A DNA stretch of 64,000 bases. Origin: Octopus bimaculoides. Taxonomy: Eukaryota. Both the position numbers and the translations under genes were made by a program. The notes under the pieces are model-generated. The model worked only from the letters and a program-made list of their open reading frames with translations. It was not told the origin of the DNA and did no database searches. The stretch spans positions 58,688,308 through 58,752,307 of the forward strand of contig NC_068989.1 of NCBI RefSeq assembly GCF_001194135.2, written 5' to 3'. Below, in pieces: positions 50,394 through 62,290 of this stretch (the stretch's first letter is position 1; each line of letters begins with the position of its first letter).

Positions 50394-52525
50394 CTGATCA
50401 GAAAGGATCCAAACAAGGGGCACGTAATCGACAACTTTAGGCACATCACCCTGCTTGACGCAGAGCTGAAAATTCTGGTCATAGTTTTAGCAAAAAGGAT
50501 GGCGAAAGTCGTGGATAGTATCGTCAGGGAGTCGCAAACCTGCACCATCCGCGGCAGAACCATACATGATAATCTCCACCTTATATGCTATACTTTAGAA
50601 AGGGTAAATAGGATTCCTGGCAGGGGTGGGGCGTTGGTCCATTTAGAATAATCCAAAGCCTTTGATAAGGTAGACCTTCGGTTTCTGGCGACGGTTCTCG
50701 AGGCGGTTGGTTTTGGCCCGACATTTCGCGGTTGGATCAGCGCTTTATATAGCAACATCAAGTCGGTAGTTCGGGTGAACGGTTTCTTTTCGGAGCCGTT
50801 CAATATCGAACGCTCGGTTCGTCAAGGTTGTCCACTCTCGCTCCTGCTTTATTTATTGGCTCTCGAGCCACTACTAGGAAGATTGGAGGCGACGAGTGGA
50901 GACCCGCAAGATCTAAGGTATGAAAAGTCAGTCTTAGTGTATGCGGACGATGTCACTGTCATCGTATCCAGGTACCAGGACCTATAGATGATAGCTGAGG
51001 CTCTAAAAGAGTACGAAGTGGTGGCAGGAGCAAGAATTAACCGGGATAAGTCGGTCGGCTTGCAGCTCGGTGCGTGGAAAGGCAATTCGATGCCATCCAA
51101 CTGCGTCGTCGGACGCTGGACAGACGACCCGGTGAAAGTTCTTGGAGTCTGCTTTCGTCTAGACCTCCAGATAGCGAAGAATTGGAATGAGATTATGGGC
51201 AGGGCGGTGTCCATAACTCAGATTTGGTCTGGGCGGATGCTATCCATGAAAGGGAGGGCGGAGGTGGCAAATGTGTTTATCATATGTCATTACCTACCGC
51301 ATGACTGTCGTGCCGTGCCCCGATTCATGGCTAAACAAGTTGGAACGCATGCTCTTTCACTTCTTGTGGGAGGGCAGGCGGCCTCTTGTAAGGCGCTCTC
51401 TCTGCTGCCAACAGCCGTTAAAGAATGGGTTAGGGATGCTGTGGCTAAAGATGCGCAGGTATACGCTGCGGTTGAGGTGTCTCTGGCTCTACTTGGACGG
51501 TGAGCGGGTATGGTCTTCGTTCGTTGATGAGATATTTCCCAGGTTCACCTCTTTTAGTGAACTGGAAAGCTGCATCAGATGTAGACCAAGGCTGGAAGCT
51601 TGGCAAGCAAAGTGTCGACAGGCGCTCGTGCCTCTCTCTCGAAGGAGCAATACCGGCGGAGGGGGTACCACCTCGGCGTACTATAGAGGGCTGGTAGAGG
51701 GCAAGTGTGGTGACGGCTTGGTGGAGACTCTGGGTTTCGATTAAAGTCAGCTTGCCAATCTGTATCGAAGGACTTTCGGCCCAGGACCTATGGACAACTT
51801 CCAGTGGCCTCTGACTTGGCTGTGCTTCCGAAGTGCCTTGCTAGTTCGGGATAAACTCGCGAGGCCCGGCGTCACGGTTTCGCCTACGGATTCGCTACGT
51901 TACTGGCAGAGCAGCGAAACTGTTCTGCATGCAATCGTACAGTGTCCGTGTCTCTCGGACCCGTGGGCTTCTACCAAACGGGTACTCTCACAGCTGGGGA
52001 GAGTACAGCTGTCAGCCGAATCGATTATTAAGATTGTTCTGCCGTCTCTTCTAAAAGGAGAAGAGAAATTCTGTTTTCTAGCCGTAATAACTATAGAGGA
52101 AAAGGTGATATGGATGGAAGAGGTGTCGCATCAAAGAAAGAGATGATATGGAAGAGGTATCGCATCAAGCACCTTCTTCTCAGGGCATGCTTTGGTTAAC
52201 CATTTTTTATATCACTTAAGAAGGAAAGCATGTCTGGAGAAGAAATGCCTGACGTCAAAAATGTACGAAAGAAGATGGAAGAAAGTAGCCCGAATGTAAG
52301 TGCTTAATTAAGCGGTGTAAAAAAAATGGGCGAAGTAAACGGTTCAATGCAGGAATGTGGTTGGTGGGATCAAACCCATTCCACGTCCATTCATTTTTTG
52401 TTTTTCATTTTCATCCGAAATTACAATGTATTTAATCATATATGTAATATCATTCGATAAGTCCCCGACCCCCATTTGTCAGGTGTATTGTCTCCTCTTT
52501 GTTTAACCCTTGTGGTTTGAATAAA
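50394..52525 (+). mobile_element. 5'-truncated L1/Tx1-clade LINE (ORF2 RT to 3' UTR), inactivated
   Basis: NFRHITLLDAELKIL, SKAFDKVD, SVRQGCPLS, YADD (50940-50951), INRDKS, ETVLHAIVQCP knuckle; in-frame stops near 50650 and 50986, frameshift near 51285; AATAAA near 52520. Confidence 0.95.
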
Positions 52526-53366
52526 ATCATCGTGCTAGTTCCACAATTCGCGTGTTGATAGTTCAACGTTGGAGTTCCAAGTTTAAAGTTCGAGTTAGCG
52601 TGTTGGATTGTTGCTACGTTCCGTGTGGTTACTGCCGTTTGTTTCGATTATATTGTTATTACACTGTTGCAGTGTATTCGTTTATCCATAAGGATATAAC
52701 AGTTCCTGTGACGGATCTGTTGAGCTTACATGGGATTGATATTTTTAGTAGAATGTTCCTATAGTACTCATTATTTCTAAGGATGACAAAGTAGACAAGA
52801 GATCATACTGGCCCTTGTCAATATTTAGCATAACTGTTAGGACAATCCTTCCTGCGAATAGCTTTATAAATAGGTTGAAGAGAGTGTCATGTCTCATGGG
52901 GCGGTAGCACCTTGCAAACATTTTTTGCAGCAGCTGATGATGATGTCTTTCACACTGTTACATATCGATATTTTCTAACATAACGTGATGGTTACCAGAT
53001 ATCCTATTTCACGTATTGGTAAGGTATTTAGCAGCCATCTTGTATACTTTTATAGCGAAGACTTATTCATGGAGGTAGGAACGATGCAACTATCACATGT
53101 TTAGACAAAGTTACTATTCCTGGCAAAATTTCTTGGTGCCCTTTGGTAGCTTGCGAAATATGTACACATGTACAACTGTCTGCTGTTATGATGGTTAGTA
53201 CAGCTACCCTTGGGTCAAGTGAAACAGCTGTATTACACTGCTGAGTAAATGTATGTCTACTCACTTCTCCCGTTGTCATACAGTCAGTGTTGTCTGAGTC
53301 ATACGATGTGACACTTAAAAGTCGTTTGAACTGACCTGGTACCTTTACCCTCATCCTTAACATTTC

Positions 53367-53535
53367 TTATTTAACATAAATCCTGTCCATTATTTACATT
53401 ATTTACATATGACGGATATTTGTCCTCATCTTGTTTGTTGTTAACACAACGTTTTGGCTGATGTACCCTCCAGCCTTCATCAGGTGTCTTGGGGAAATTT
53501 CGAACCTGGGTTCTCATTCCTAAGGTATTTTTCGA

Positions 53536-53578
<43 letters not shown>

Positions 53579-53707
53579 GTTATTATTATCATTATTGTTT
53601 TTTCTTCTTCTTTCTTCAAATTTTCTTCCATTTCTCGCTGAGTGTTTTCTGTACACCTAGGGTAGAGAAACTCATTGTATGCATTCCCAGTTTAGAAAGA
53701 ATTATCA

Positions 53708-53776
<69 letters not shown>

Positions 53777-53850
53777 TCACTGTCTGGAATCGAACTCGGA
53801 ATCTTGGGGTTAGTATCCCGCGCTCTTAACCATTACGCCATATGCCCGTG
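53367..53850 (-). mobile_element. tRNA-headed SINE family D with (TAA)n linker and hammerhead-bearing tail
   Basis: A-box TGGCGTAATGG (53830-53840) and B-box GTTCGATTC (53787-53795) on minus strand; (TAA)n tracts; hammerhead motif; ends in gtaaataat repeats; splits the R4-like ORF. Confidence 0.85.
53443..53488 (-). ncRNA. Minimal type I hammerhead ribozyme motif (G12-to-A variant)
   Basis: GACAC-CUGAUGA-A-GGCUG-gaggguacau-CAGCC-AAAA-CG-UU^GUGUU: stem I GACAC/GUGUU, 5-bp stem II, palindromic ACGU stem III; conserved GAAA reads AAAA in this copy. Confidence 0.75.
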
Positions 53851-55384
53851 TCAATGTCATTATTGATGTGCTAGTTTCACGAGATGATTAGTATCTTCCT
53901 AGTCTTAATGTCCGATTTGCAGATCTTTTCGAGTATCTACCATGTAAAACCTTGCACTTGTACTTCAAAAACATTATGGGACATGTTCTTATTGTATCGG
54001 AACAGCTCTAATTCCTTATCATTCTCTATCTGCTGAAGAATTCCTTTGTCACTTTAGCTTTACTCACAACACCACTGCAATAACGTATGCAATATTCTCA
54101 CTAATTCCAAGATATTTGTAGTTTTCGTTATTAGCGAGAGGCCATTGATATCCATATTCCTCGTTTAATGAAAACTTTTATGCGGGTGAGTATAAAATAT
54201 GTGCGCTAATTCACTTTGCCTAGTAAGAATTTTATTGTAGCCTTGCCGTTTCTTCAACGACGCCGATAAAAGATTCACTGTCAGGGCAAACAACATTACG
54301 TATATGTTGAAACTATGGAATTTACAGTCGATAAACTAATTCTGTTTGAGACTAAAGCAGTTGCTTCAGTTAATAAAGCTGTGTGAACTTTGTTGTGGAC
54401 AATTTTTTTTAACGGTATTGACTATAACAGTATTGACTATACTCAGTAAGATGTATTGTTTCAAGTATGCGGAGTGAAATATCTTATAGTCAATCTATAC
54501 AGTCAGTGGACTTCGGGGATGCTGCCTCGCCTTCATAAGGAGTGTTGTTGTTGAAGAGCAATTCATTACAATCCAAGACTCCTTTCATTCCTACTTCTTG
54601 CTCATTAGTTTCCGTATAATTTGTTTCACAAGAGAAACACATTCAAGCAACAACGATGTGTGTAAATGTGTAATTTATACACGGCCACATGTATAAACAT
54701 GTATAGTTCTTACACAGCAATGTATGTATATAAATTGAGCACATTTTATACACAACATTTAGGCATGCTATAGGTGAGTTGGTTACTGCTACACGCATTT
54801 CTTGCTTCTTTAAGTACGAGTGCTGCCCGTGCAATTATCACCCACTGGTCTAACACATCAAATTTATCGCTCTTTGTTCTATGTCTATGAGAAGAATTTT
54901 AAAACTAAAATCAAAAGCACATACACACATATGAAACATAGGTAAACTAATTGCCTTTAAACACAAGCTATGAGAGGTAAATAAAAAGTTTTGATTTCGT
55001 ATGAAATTACAAGAACGTAGAACTATGAACTGCATGCTTGTATTAAACCTATAAAATGTATATCGCAGTATGAAAGGTCATAATTTCAAGGTTATCAATG
55101 ACTTCCCCCATCGGTAGCTGTGGATTCAACGTAGGAGAATCATGAACATAAATAAACAGCACAGTTTCAATGCTATAATTAAATGAGCTACGGGATGAGT
55201 AATGTATAAACGACTTCCCACAACATATATCACCTGTGAAACACTTCTGACAGCTGTTGTAAAACTACCGAATTGAGAATCACTTGGGAGAGAGTCGATT
55301 ATTAGCATAGGAAATTCATATTCTACGCTGATGCAGTCATCAACCTTTAAAAACAAAAAAATAAAACAATAAACCTTGAACTTG

Positions 55385-55650
55385 ATGAGCGAGACTGGTT
55401 GACAGTTGCACGGGCAACATTCTTGCCTAAACAAGCAACACAAGTAGCAATAACCTACACACCCAATATAACTCTGGTTATCTGTGGTGCTGTCAGTCTG
55501 ATGTTTTTTAACATGATCTTTTATGAGCAGAAAGCTTCTCTTCTTATACTCCATGGTGGTAGAGTTGTGCAACTTCACCGTGTGTGCATCCCCGTTTATC
55601 AGTCAAGGAATACCTTTTAAGAAGATCCTTACCAATTTTCATGCATGATT
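55385..55650 (+). mobile_element. Second R4-like LINE fragment, opposite orientation, large internal deletion
   Basis: DWLTVARATFLPKQATQVAITYTP (cf. DWL..ARTTL.PK....KNYRPI) then LLILHGGRV (cf. LY.PR..GGRGL). Confidence 0.55.
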
Positions 55651-55959
55651 CTATTTGCTTCATGTATACAGTTTTGACTCATGGATGCTCTTCAAAACTT
55701 GATGGTTGATAGATGCTGCAGAAATGCTGCAACACTTAAAGCTTATTTGAACAGATGTTAATCTTCTAACAGTTTCTTTTTTTAAATTTTCAGGTAGAAA
55801 ATGTCTATGTCAATGTTGATATTGGTGTGGAACTTTCCAGTGGTTGTTTGAAATTTTTGGCTTTTAACATCAACCTGAACCTCATTCAGCGTTCAATGAA
55901 GTAAGTCAAATATTGGTATTGTTGTGTAGTTGGGAATTGGTGTCTTACAAGATAGCTGA

Positions 55960-56500
55960 CTTAGTGTGAGTGAGGCGGAGCGGGAAGGGCGAGGGAGTGG
56001 AATGTGTGAGAGATTTTGTTAAAAGAAAACAGATGGAGATGATGCTGGAACGGTGAACAGGAAAAAGTGCCGAGAAATTGGCAGGTGCTCGAGATGGTTG
56101 CTGCCAATTTCAAATTAGAGTGGTAGGAAATGAAAGAGGTGACTTGTTTACGAGTAAAGAAAGAAGCACCTATACTATTGTCAATATAATAACCGCAGAG
56201 CTTTGGGGGTGAGTCCCTGATAATGGGTATAGATTTGGCCTTCAAGATGATCAATAAACAGATTAACGTAATTGGTACCTATTATGCTGGCGAGAGCCAC
56301 TTCCGGGAAAAGTAAAAACAAGTGAGACAAAGAACAAATGGTGTGAGGCGGAGAAGCATTTGTACTCAACTGCAATGTGAAAGCATGAAAATGAATGTTT
56401 ACGGAGACATATTTAGCATTCACCAAAGACAACCATGTATGATTAGGTACACGCGCATACACAATCATAGGTGTGGTAGACTTTCTAAGCAAAAATGAAG
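55960..56500 (-). mobile_element. Penelope-like element RT remnant
   Basis: VALASIIGTNYVNLFIDHLEGQI (cf. VAMGT..GP.YANLF..Y.E..I), YYIDNSIGA (cf. RYIDDCIGA), TSFISYHSNLKL. Confidence 0.8.
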
Positions 56501-56964
56501 TTTCATTTGTTAGTATCAGTTGTCTGTGTCACAAACCTACACCAGAAACCTCCAGTAGTTAACAATAAATAAAAAATAAAATTTTAAACCGATGATAAAA
56601 TATCGATAATAGAAATCAGACTAAATAATGACTGAATAATAACTAACTTATTTGAATTGTTAATAATTAACTACACACATACACACACACACACACACAC
56701 ACCAAACTTTGTAAACCACGTTCGCGTTAATTATTTACATATCCTTGTTACCAACCTCCACCTCTCTCCTTAGAGTCAAACAATTCTTGCAAAAAATTCC
56801 ATTTGTCATTTACTGGCTTTCAGTTTTGTGTATTTGTAGGTTTGTTGTAGAGGGAGTAAAGAAAATTTTAAGAACCCTTTGTATATGAAAAGATATCTAT
56901 TGAAATTATGACATGCGCTTGCATGGTCATAGTCTAAAGCCCGGAACCAGGAAAAGGAATAAAA

Positions 56965-57150
56965 CAACAACAATAATGATATTGATTTCAAATTTTGGCA
57001 CAAGGCTACCAGTTTTGGGGAAGGGGATGAGTCAAATACATCGACCACAGTATTCAACTAATACTTACTCTATCAACTCAGAAAGGATGAAAGGTAAGGT
57101 CGACCTCGGCGGAATTTGAACTCAGAACGTAAAGACGGACGAAATGCCGT
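56965..57150 (-). mobile_element. SINE family A copy
   Basis: aaattttggcacaaggc..gaaaggatgaaaggtaaggtcgacctcggcggaatttgaactcagaacgt. Confidence 0.9.
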
Positions 57151-58624
57151 TAAACACGTGCTTGTGTATATATGCACATGCGCACACACGCGTGCACATA
57201 CATGCATACACGCACAGATGCATATACAGACACACACACGCACATACACACGCACATACACACACACACGCACACACAACACACACGCACACACAACACA
57301 CACACAACACACACACACACACATCATACCCTTATGTGTTATGGTATGGACTGGAAGGCGTATATCTAAATGTGTTGATGGAAATTTGGGCCCCATTGAA
57401 AGACTTTCTCATAATTCTGTAGTTTTGTCTGCCTAAAAGCTGCAAAACTGCTTGGCAAAGCAGCAACCGCGCATTCGCTAAATACCCTTCACGGAGATTT
57501 TAATTATCTTCCCCTGTGTTATAAAAACGGGAGCCAGTTATTTGGATGTTTTTCTCTCGGTATTAATTACCCAATGCAACGTAAACGCTTGGTTGTAGTG
57601 ATTCTTCTTTAGCTAAATTTATATCACAGACGTCTTTTTATTTCTTTTATACACTCTTCTAATGATCTACGAGAATGCTTCAGAGAAGAATTTACTGATA
57701 AAATTTAACTATAGTAATTAAGGGGAAAAAGAACTGCTTGGAAATAAAACTACCCCATTTCTCTGCTATTATTTGCGCCCAGAAAAACATGTCTTCGGTA
57801 GATTTAAAAACAAAATAAAAAGAAAACGAAAAGATATTAGATTTCTAGGATGTTAAGTTACTGCNNNNNNNNNNNNNNNNNNNNNNNNNNNNNNNNNNNN
57901 NNNNNNNNNNNNNNNNNNNNNNNNNNNNNNNNNNNNNNNNNNNNNNNNNNNNNNNNNNNNNNNNNNNNNNNNNNNNNNNNNNNNNNNNNNNNNNNNNNNN
58001 NNNNNNNNNNNNNNNNNNNNNNNNNNNNNNNNNNNNNNNNNNNNNNNNNNNNNNNNNNNNNNNNNNNNNNNNNNNNNNNNNNNNNNNNNNNNNNNNNNNN
58101 NNNNNNNNNNNNNNNNNNNNNNNNNNNNNNNNNNNNNNNNNNNNNNNNNNNNNNNNNNNNNNNNNNNNNNNNNNNNNNNNNNNNNNNNNNNNNNNNNNNN
58201 NNNNNNNNNNNNNNNNNNNNNNNNNNNNNNNNNNNNNNNNNNNNNNNNNNNNNNNNNNNNNNNNNNNNNNNNNNNNNNNNNNNNNNNNNNNNNNNNNNNN
58301 NNNNNNNNNNNNNNNNNNNNNNNNNNNNNNNNNNNNNNNNNNNNNNNNNNNNNNNNNNNNNNNNNNNNNNNNNNNNNNNNNNNNNNNNNNNNNNNNNNNN
58401 NNNNNNNNNNNNNNNNNNNNNNNNNNNNNNNNNNNNNNNNNNNNNNNNNNNNNNNNNNNNNNNNNNNNNNNNNNNNNNNNNNNNNNNNNNNNNNNNNNNN
58501 NNNNNNNNNNNNNNNNNNNNNNNNNNNNNNNNNNNNNNNNNNNNNNNNNNNNNNNNNNNNNNNNNNNNNNNNNNNNNNNNNNNNNNNNNNNNNNNNNNNN
58601 NNNNNNNNNNNNNNNNNNNNNNNN

Positions 58625-59829
58625 AATAGTATTTTAAAATATCTAATGGAATTAAAAATTATTTTTATGCATTTGTGTACATTTAAACTAATTATATATT
58701 ATTTTACAGAATAATAGAATTAAAATTTCTTTGATTAAAAGCCTTTCTAACATGGAAGTATCCAAAGAACATAATGCTTAATGGGTACAAAAAGGAAACT
58801 CTGCAGTCGAAGCGACTCGAAACATACTCAGTTTATGGGAAAGAATGCTTGAATGAAAGAACTTGCAGAAGATGGTTTGCAAAATTCAGAAGTGGAGATT
58901 TCAGCCTTGAAGATGAAGATCGAACAGGACGTCCAGTTGAGTTTGATGATAAGCTCCTTGAGGCATTACCTGAAGAAAACCCTGCATTATTAGTTGAAGA
59001 ATTGACAATAAAGCTTAGTTCAAACTATACAACTGTTCATCGTCATCTTCAACAACTTCAACAGGTTCCTAAACTTAGAAAATGAGTGCCTCATGAATTG
59101 TCCGAAAGCAACCACAAATCCTGAGTTGATATCTTCTCTTCTTTCCATTCTCGCGAACTCATTTCACCCTTTTTGGATAGACTTGTGACTGGTGAGGAAA
59201 AATGGATCTTCTATCGAAATGTTAAACGTCATAAACAGTGGCTTGGTAAAAAGGAAAAAGCTCAACCACAACCTAGAAGGAAGTTTCATGGGAAAAAGGT
59301 TCTTCTTTCTATCTGGTGGAATTGTAAAAGAGTAATTCACTTTGAATTGTTACCACCTAATGCAACAAACAATGCTCAAGTCTACTGTCAGCAATGAGAG
59401 TGTTTGAACCAAGCTTTGAAGAAAAAAGGACCCGCTTTAGTGAATCGAAAAAGAGTGATGTTTCATCAGGACAATGCGCGACCCCACACTGCAAAGATCA
59501 CACCAGAGAAGATTTAAAAAATTCTTCATCCACCTTTTTCTCCCGACCTTGCTCCTTCAGACTACCATTTGTTTCGTAGTTTACAGAATCATTTGGGAGA
59601 CATAACTTTCGCAAGCCAGGAGGAGGTCGAAACTGACATTTCAGAGTTCTTTGCTTTGAAACCAAAAAAGTTTTACATTGATGGGATTAAAAAGCTTGTA
59701 AATAGATGGAAGGAAGTCATAGATAAACAGGGAAAGTACATTGATGATTAAATTTCAATTAAATATAAAATTTGATCACTTGTTTTCTTTATTCAAAATT
59801 CGGACAGAACTTATGTGATGACGTGATAT
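58625..59829 (+). mobile_element. Near full-length mariner transposon with inactivated transposase (58752-59751)
   Basis: K*VPHEL (WVPHEL with TGA), LVTGEEKW, HQDNARPH, FSPDLAPSDYHLFRSL, C-terminus GKYIDD*; several stops and frameshifts; 3' TIR aaattcggacagaacttatgtgatgacgtga followed by TA; 5' TIR probably in the gap. Confidence 0.95.
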
Positions 59830-59949
59830 ATATGAAATTTTGAATTTAGTTCATGGACTCCTAGTACTACCTTTGCGGAATAGATTATGATGTTATCTGA
59901 TATTAAATCACATATTTTCTACAAATATCTATATTTTCTCTTCAGATTT

Positions 59950-60235
59950 TCTCTTCGATTACATTGACCCCACTGTTCAACTGGTACTTATTTCATCGAC
60001 CCTGAAAGGATGAAGGGCAAAGTCGACCTCGGCGAAATTTGAACTCAGAGCGTAAAGACGGACAAAATGCCGCCGAGCATTTTTCCCGGCTTACTAACGA
60101 TTCTGCCAACTCGCTGCTTTATAATTTCAAATTTTGGACCAAAGCCAGAAAGTTAGGGGGAGGGGATATGTCGATTTGCTCAATTTTATCGACTTCGGAA
60201 GCTGCTAAACATTTCGTCCGGCGTACCAGCTCACT
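59950..60235 (-). mobile_element. SINE family A copy plus adjacent second fragment
   Basis: ctggtacttatttcatcgaccctgaaaggatgaagggcaaagtcgacctcggcg; second ttttggaccaaagccag..cggcgtacc. Confidence 0.85.
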
Positions 60236-62049
60236 GCTTTTATCAATAAAATAATATTATAAGAATATAACAAAATGTGAGTAGTCGAATTCACTCTGTA
60301 ACATATTAAAGGTAGATTTGTTCTCATACACCCACATTAGCCCGTGCAGTCTTTACTAGGAGTTTCTTTGATAGAACACTGTGACTTCCGCATTTGACGT
60401 ACAAAGTTTTCATATGAAAACAGTACAGTCGCATTGAACTTTCACCTTGGTGTAATTTGTTGGTGATATACAATTTCTAGTTCCGTTCTGAGATAACGAC
60501 TGACAATATTGCAACGAAAGAGATCTGTAATGTTAAACAATAAGATAGTTGAAAGCAGGTGCAATAAATAACCATTTCTTTGACGCAACAGAATAGATTC
60601 AATAAATTATCCACACTTTTTTTTTAATCTCATCTCAGATTGGCGCCAAATGATAACAGCTGATCTAGGAAACCAGATGTTTATTCGAATATATTTAGTT
60701 GTTAACATAAATTCAATTGTAACTATTTATAGAGACTAACGCTAACTTAAGTCCCAATTCTTGATTATTTAGTCGGTTTGTTGGGATATTTTAGTTTTAA
60801 CATTTTAATTCGGTTAACTACCAATATTATATTATTACAGAAATTTTCTTTATTGTTGCTTTTATGCTAAGTTTCTTCTGTATTGAGTGCAACATAATGG
60901 TCTAATATTTACAAGAGGTTATTGAATATATGAAGAAACAATAATGATTTTTTTTTTATTCAATTATTTAAACTATAATCATTACAAGCACTTACTTCGA
61001 CGCTGTCACACTCGCACATATACATATAAACTTAGACAAAAGTAACTAATTTTAATTTTAAGATATATAACCTAGAAACTGAATTCCAGTTTTGTGCAGA
61101 AAGAAAACGATTGTAATGCACGAGTTCTGTCTATATATATGTGTGTGTGTGTGTATGTGTGTGTGTGTGTGTGTTGTGTGTGCTAACAATCGCTCTATAT
61201 ATGTTAAAAACAAGCTATTGTTGATTAGTCCTCTATTAGCTCAGCCAGGTCTATCAACGTATAAAGTGTTTAAGACACTGAGCAATGTTATCAAAGACTT
61301 TGATGGCTTCGAACGAACAACATTCTTTTAAACTATATTCTGTCACGAACAGATCGCATGCAATCAGCTTTATATTCTCCTGGATATTTTTTAAAAGAAA
61401 CATATATTTGTTCCAATGCATAGATTGNNNNNNNNNNNNNNNNNNNNNNNNNNNNNNNNNNNNNNNNNNNNNNNNNNNNNNNNNNNNNNNNNNNNNNNNN
61501 NNNNNNNNNNNNNNNNNNNNNNNNNNNNNNNNNNNNNNNNNNNNNNNNNNNNNNNNNNNNNNNNNNNNNNNNNNNNNNNNNNNNNNNNNNNNNNNNNNNN
61601 NNNNNNNNNNNNNNNNNNNNNNNNNNNNNNNNNNNNNNNNNNNNNNNNNNNNNNNNNNNNNNNNNNNNNNNNNNNNNNNNNNNNNNNNNNNNNNNNNNNN
61701 NNNNNNNNNNNNNNNNNNNNNNNNNNNNNNNNNNNNNNNNNNNNNNNNNNNNNNNNNNNNNNNNNNNNNNNNNNNNNNNNNNNNNNNNNNNNNNNNNNNN
61801 NNNNNNNNNNNNNNNNNNNNNNNNNNNNNNNNNNNNNNNNNNNNNNNNNNNNNNNNNNNNNNNNNNNNNNNNNNNNNNNNNNNNNNNNNNNNNNNNNNNN
61901 NNNNNNNNNNNNNNNNNNNNATATATATATATATATATAAGGTTTATTATATAACTTCCTCAGTGTGTCATGGCTTACCAGCTTAATACAGATGTTTAAA
62001 TTGGTTAAATATATAAAATAATTAGAATTTACTTTTTGAATGACAGTTT

Positions 62050-62290
62050 TAAAGACTATACTAAGAGGACCAACTATTTAATTATTCTACTTCAATTATT
62101 TAGTATTAGTAGCATCATTCAAGACTGGGTGTTTGGATTTTTATTCTTGACAACACTATTTTTAATTCTACCTTCGGGGTTTTCTCAGTTAAGACCACAT
62201 AGTATAAAAGCAGTTTTATCAATTTTATCATTTAAAGGCAATTTTGGAATTGTCTCAAATAGCCAATCCCTTCTATTCAGCTAAAAATAA
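62050..62290 (-). mobile_element. Possible decayed LINE C-terminal fragment
   Basis: Protein-like stretch LNRRDWLFETIPKLPLNDKIDKTAFILCGLN*ENPEGR; no family-defining motif. Confidence 0.2.

Larger units (their letters stand above)
52750..54880 (-). mobile_element. Decayed R4/Dong-like RLE-type LINE remnant, interrupted at 53367-53850
   Basis: PIACLNVVYKM, CETN..TNEQ.VGMKGV.DC..LLFN, LFALTVNLLS, ENYKYLGI, KDEGKG (cf. GGRG), MAAKYL, YRPMRHD after a decayed CCHC region. Confidence 0.75.

Noticed and set aside
50340-52560. Tx1 insertion into an snRNA or tRNA target
   Set aside because: Neither flank resembles U2 or another small RNA gene that I can recognise
53775-53850. Possible tRNA gene on the minus strand
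   Set aside because: A and B boxes are present but cloverleaf stems are broken; it is the head of the family D SINE
54880-55950. APE endonuclease upstream of the RLE LINE (Dualen-like dual-endonuclease element)
   Set aside because: No APE motifs found; the recognisable part is a second R4-like fragment on the other strand
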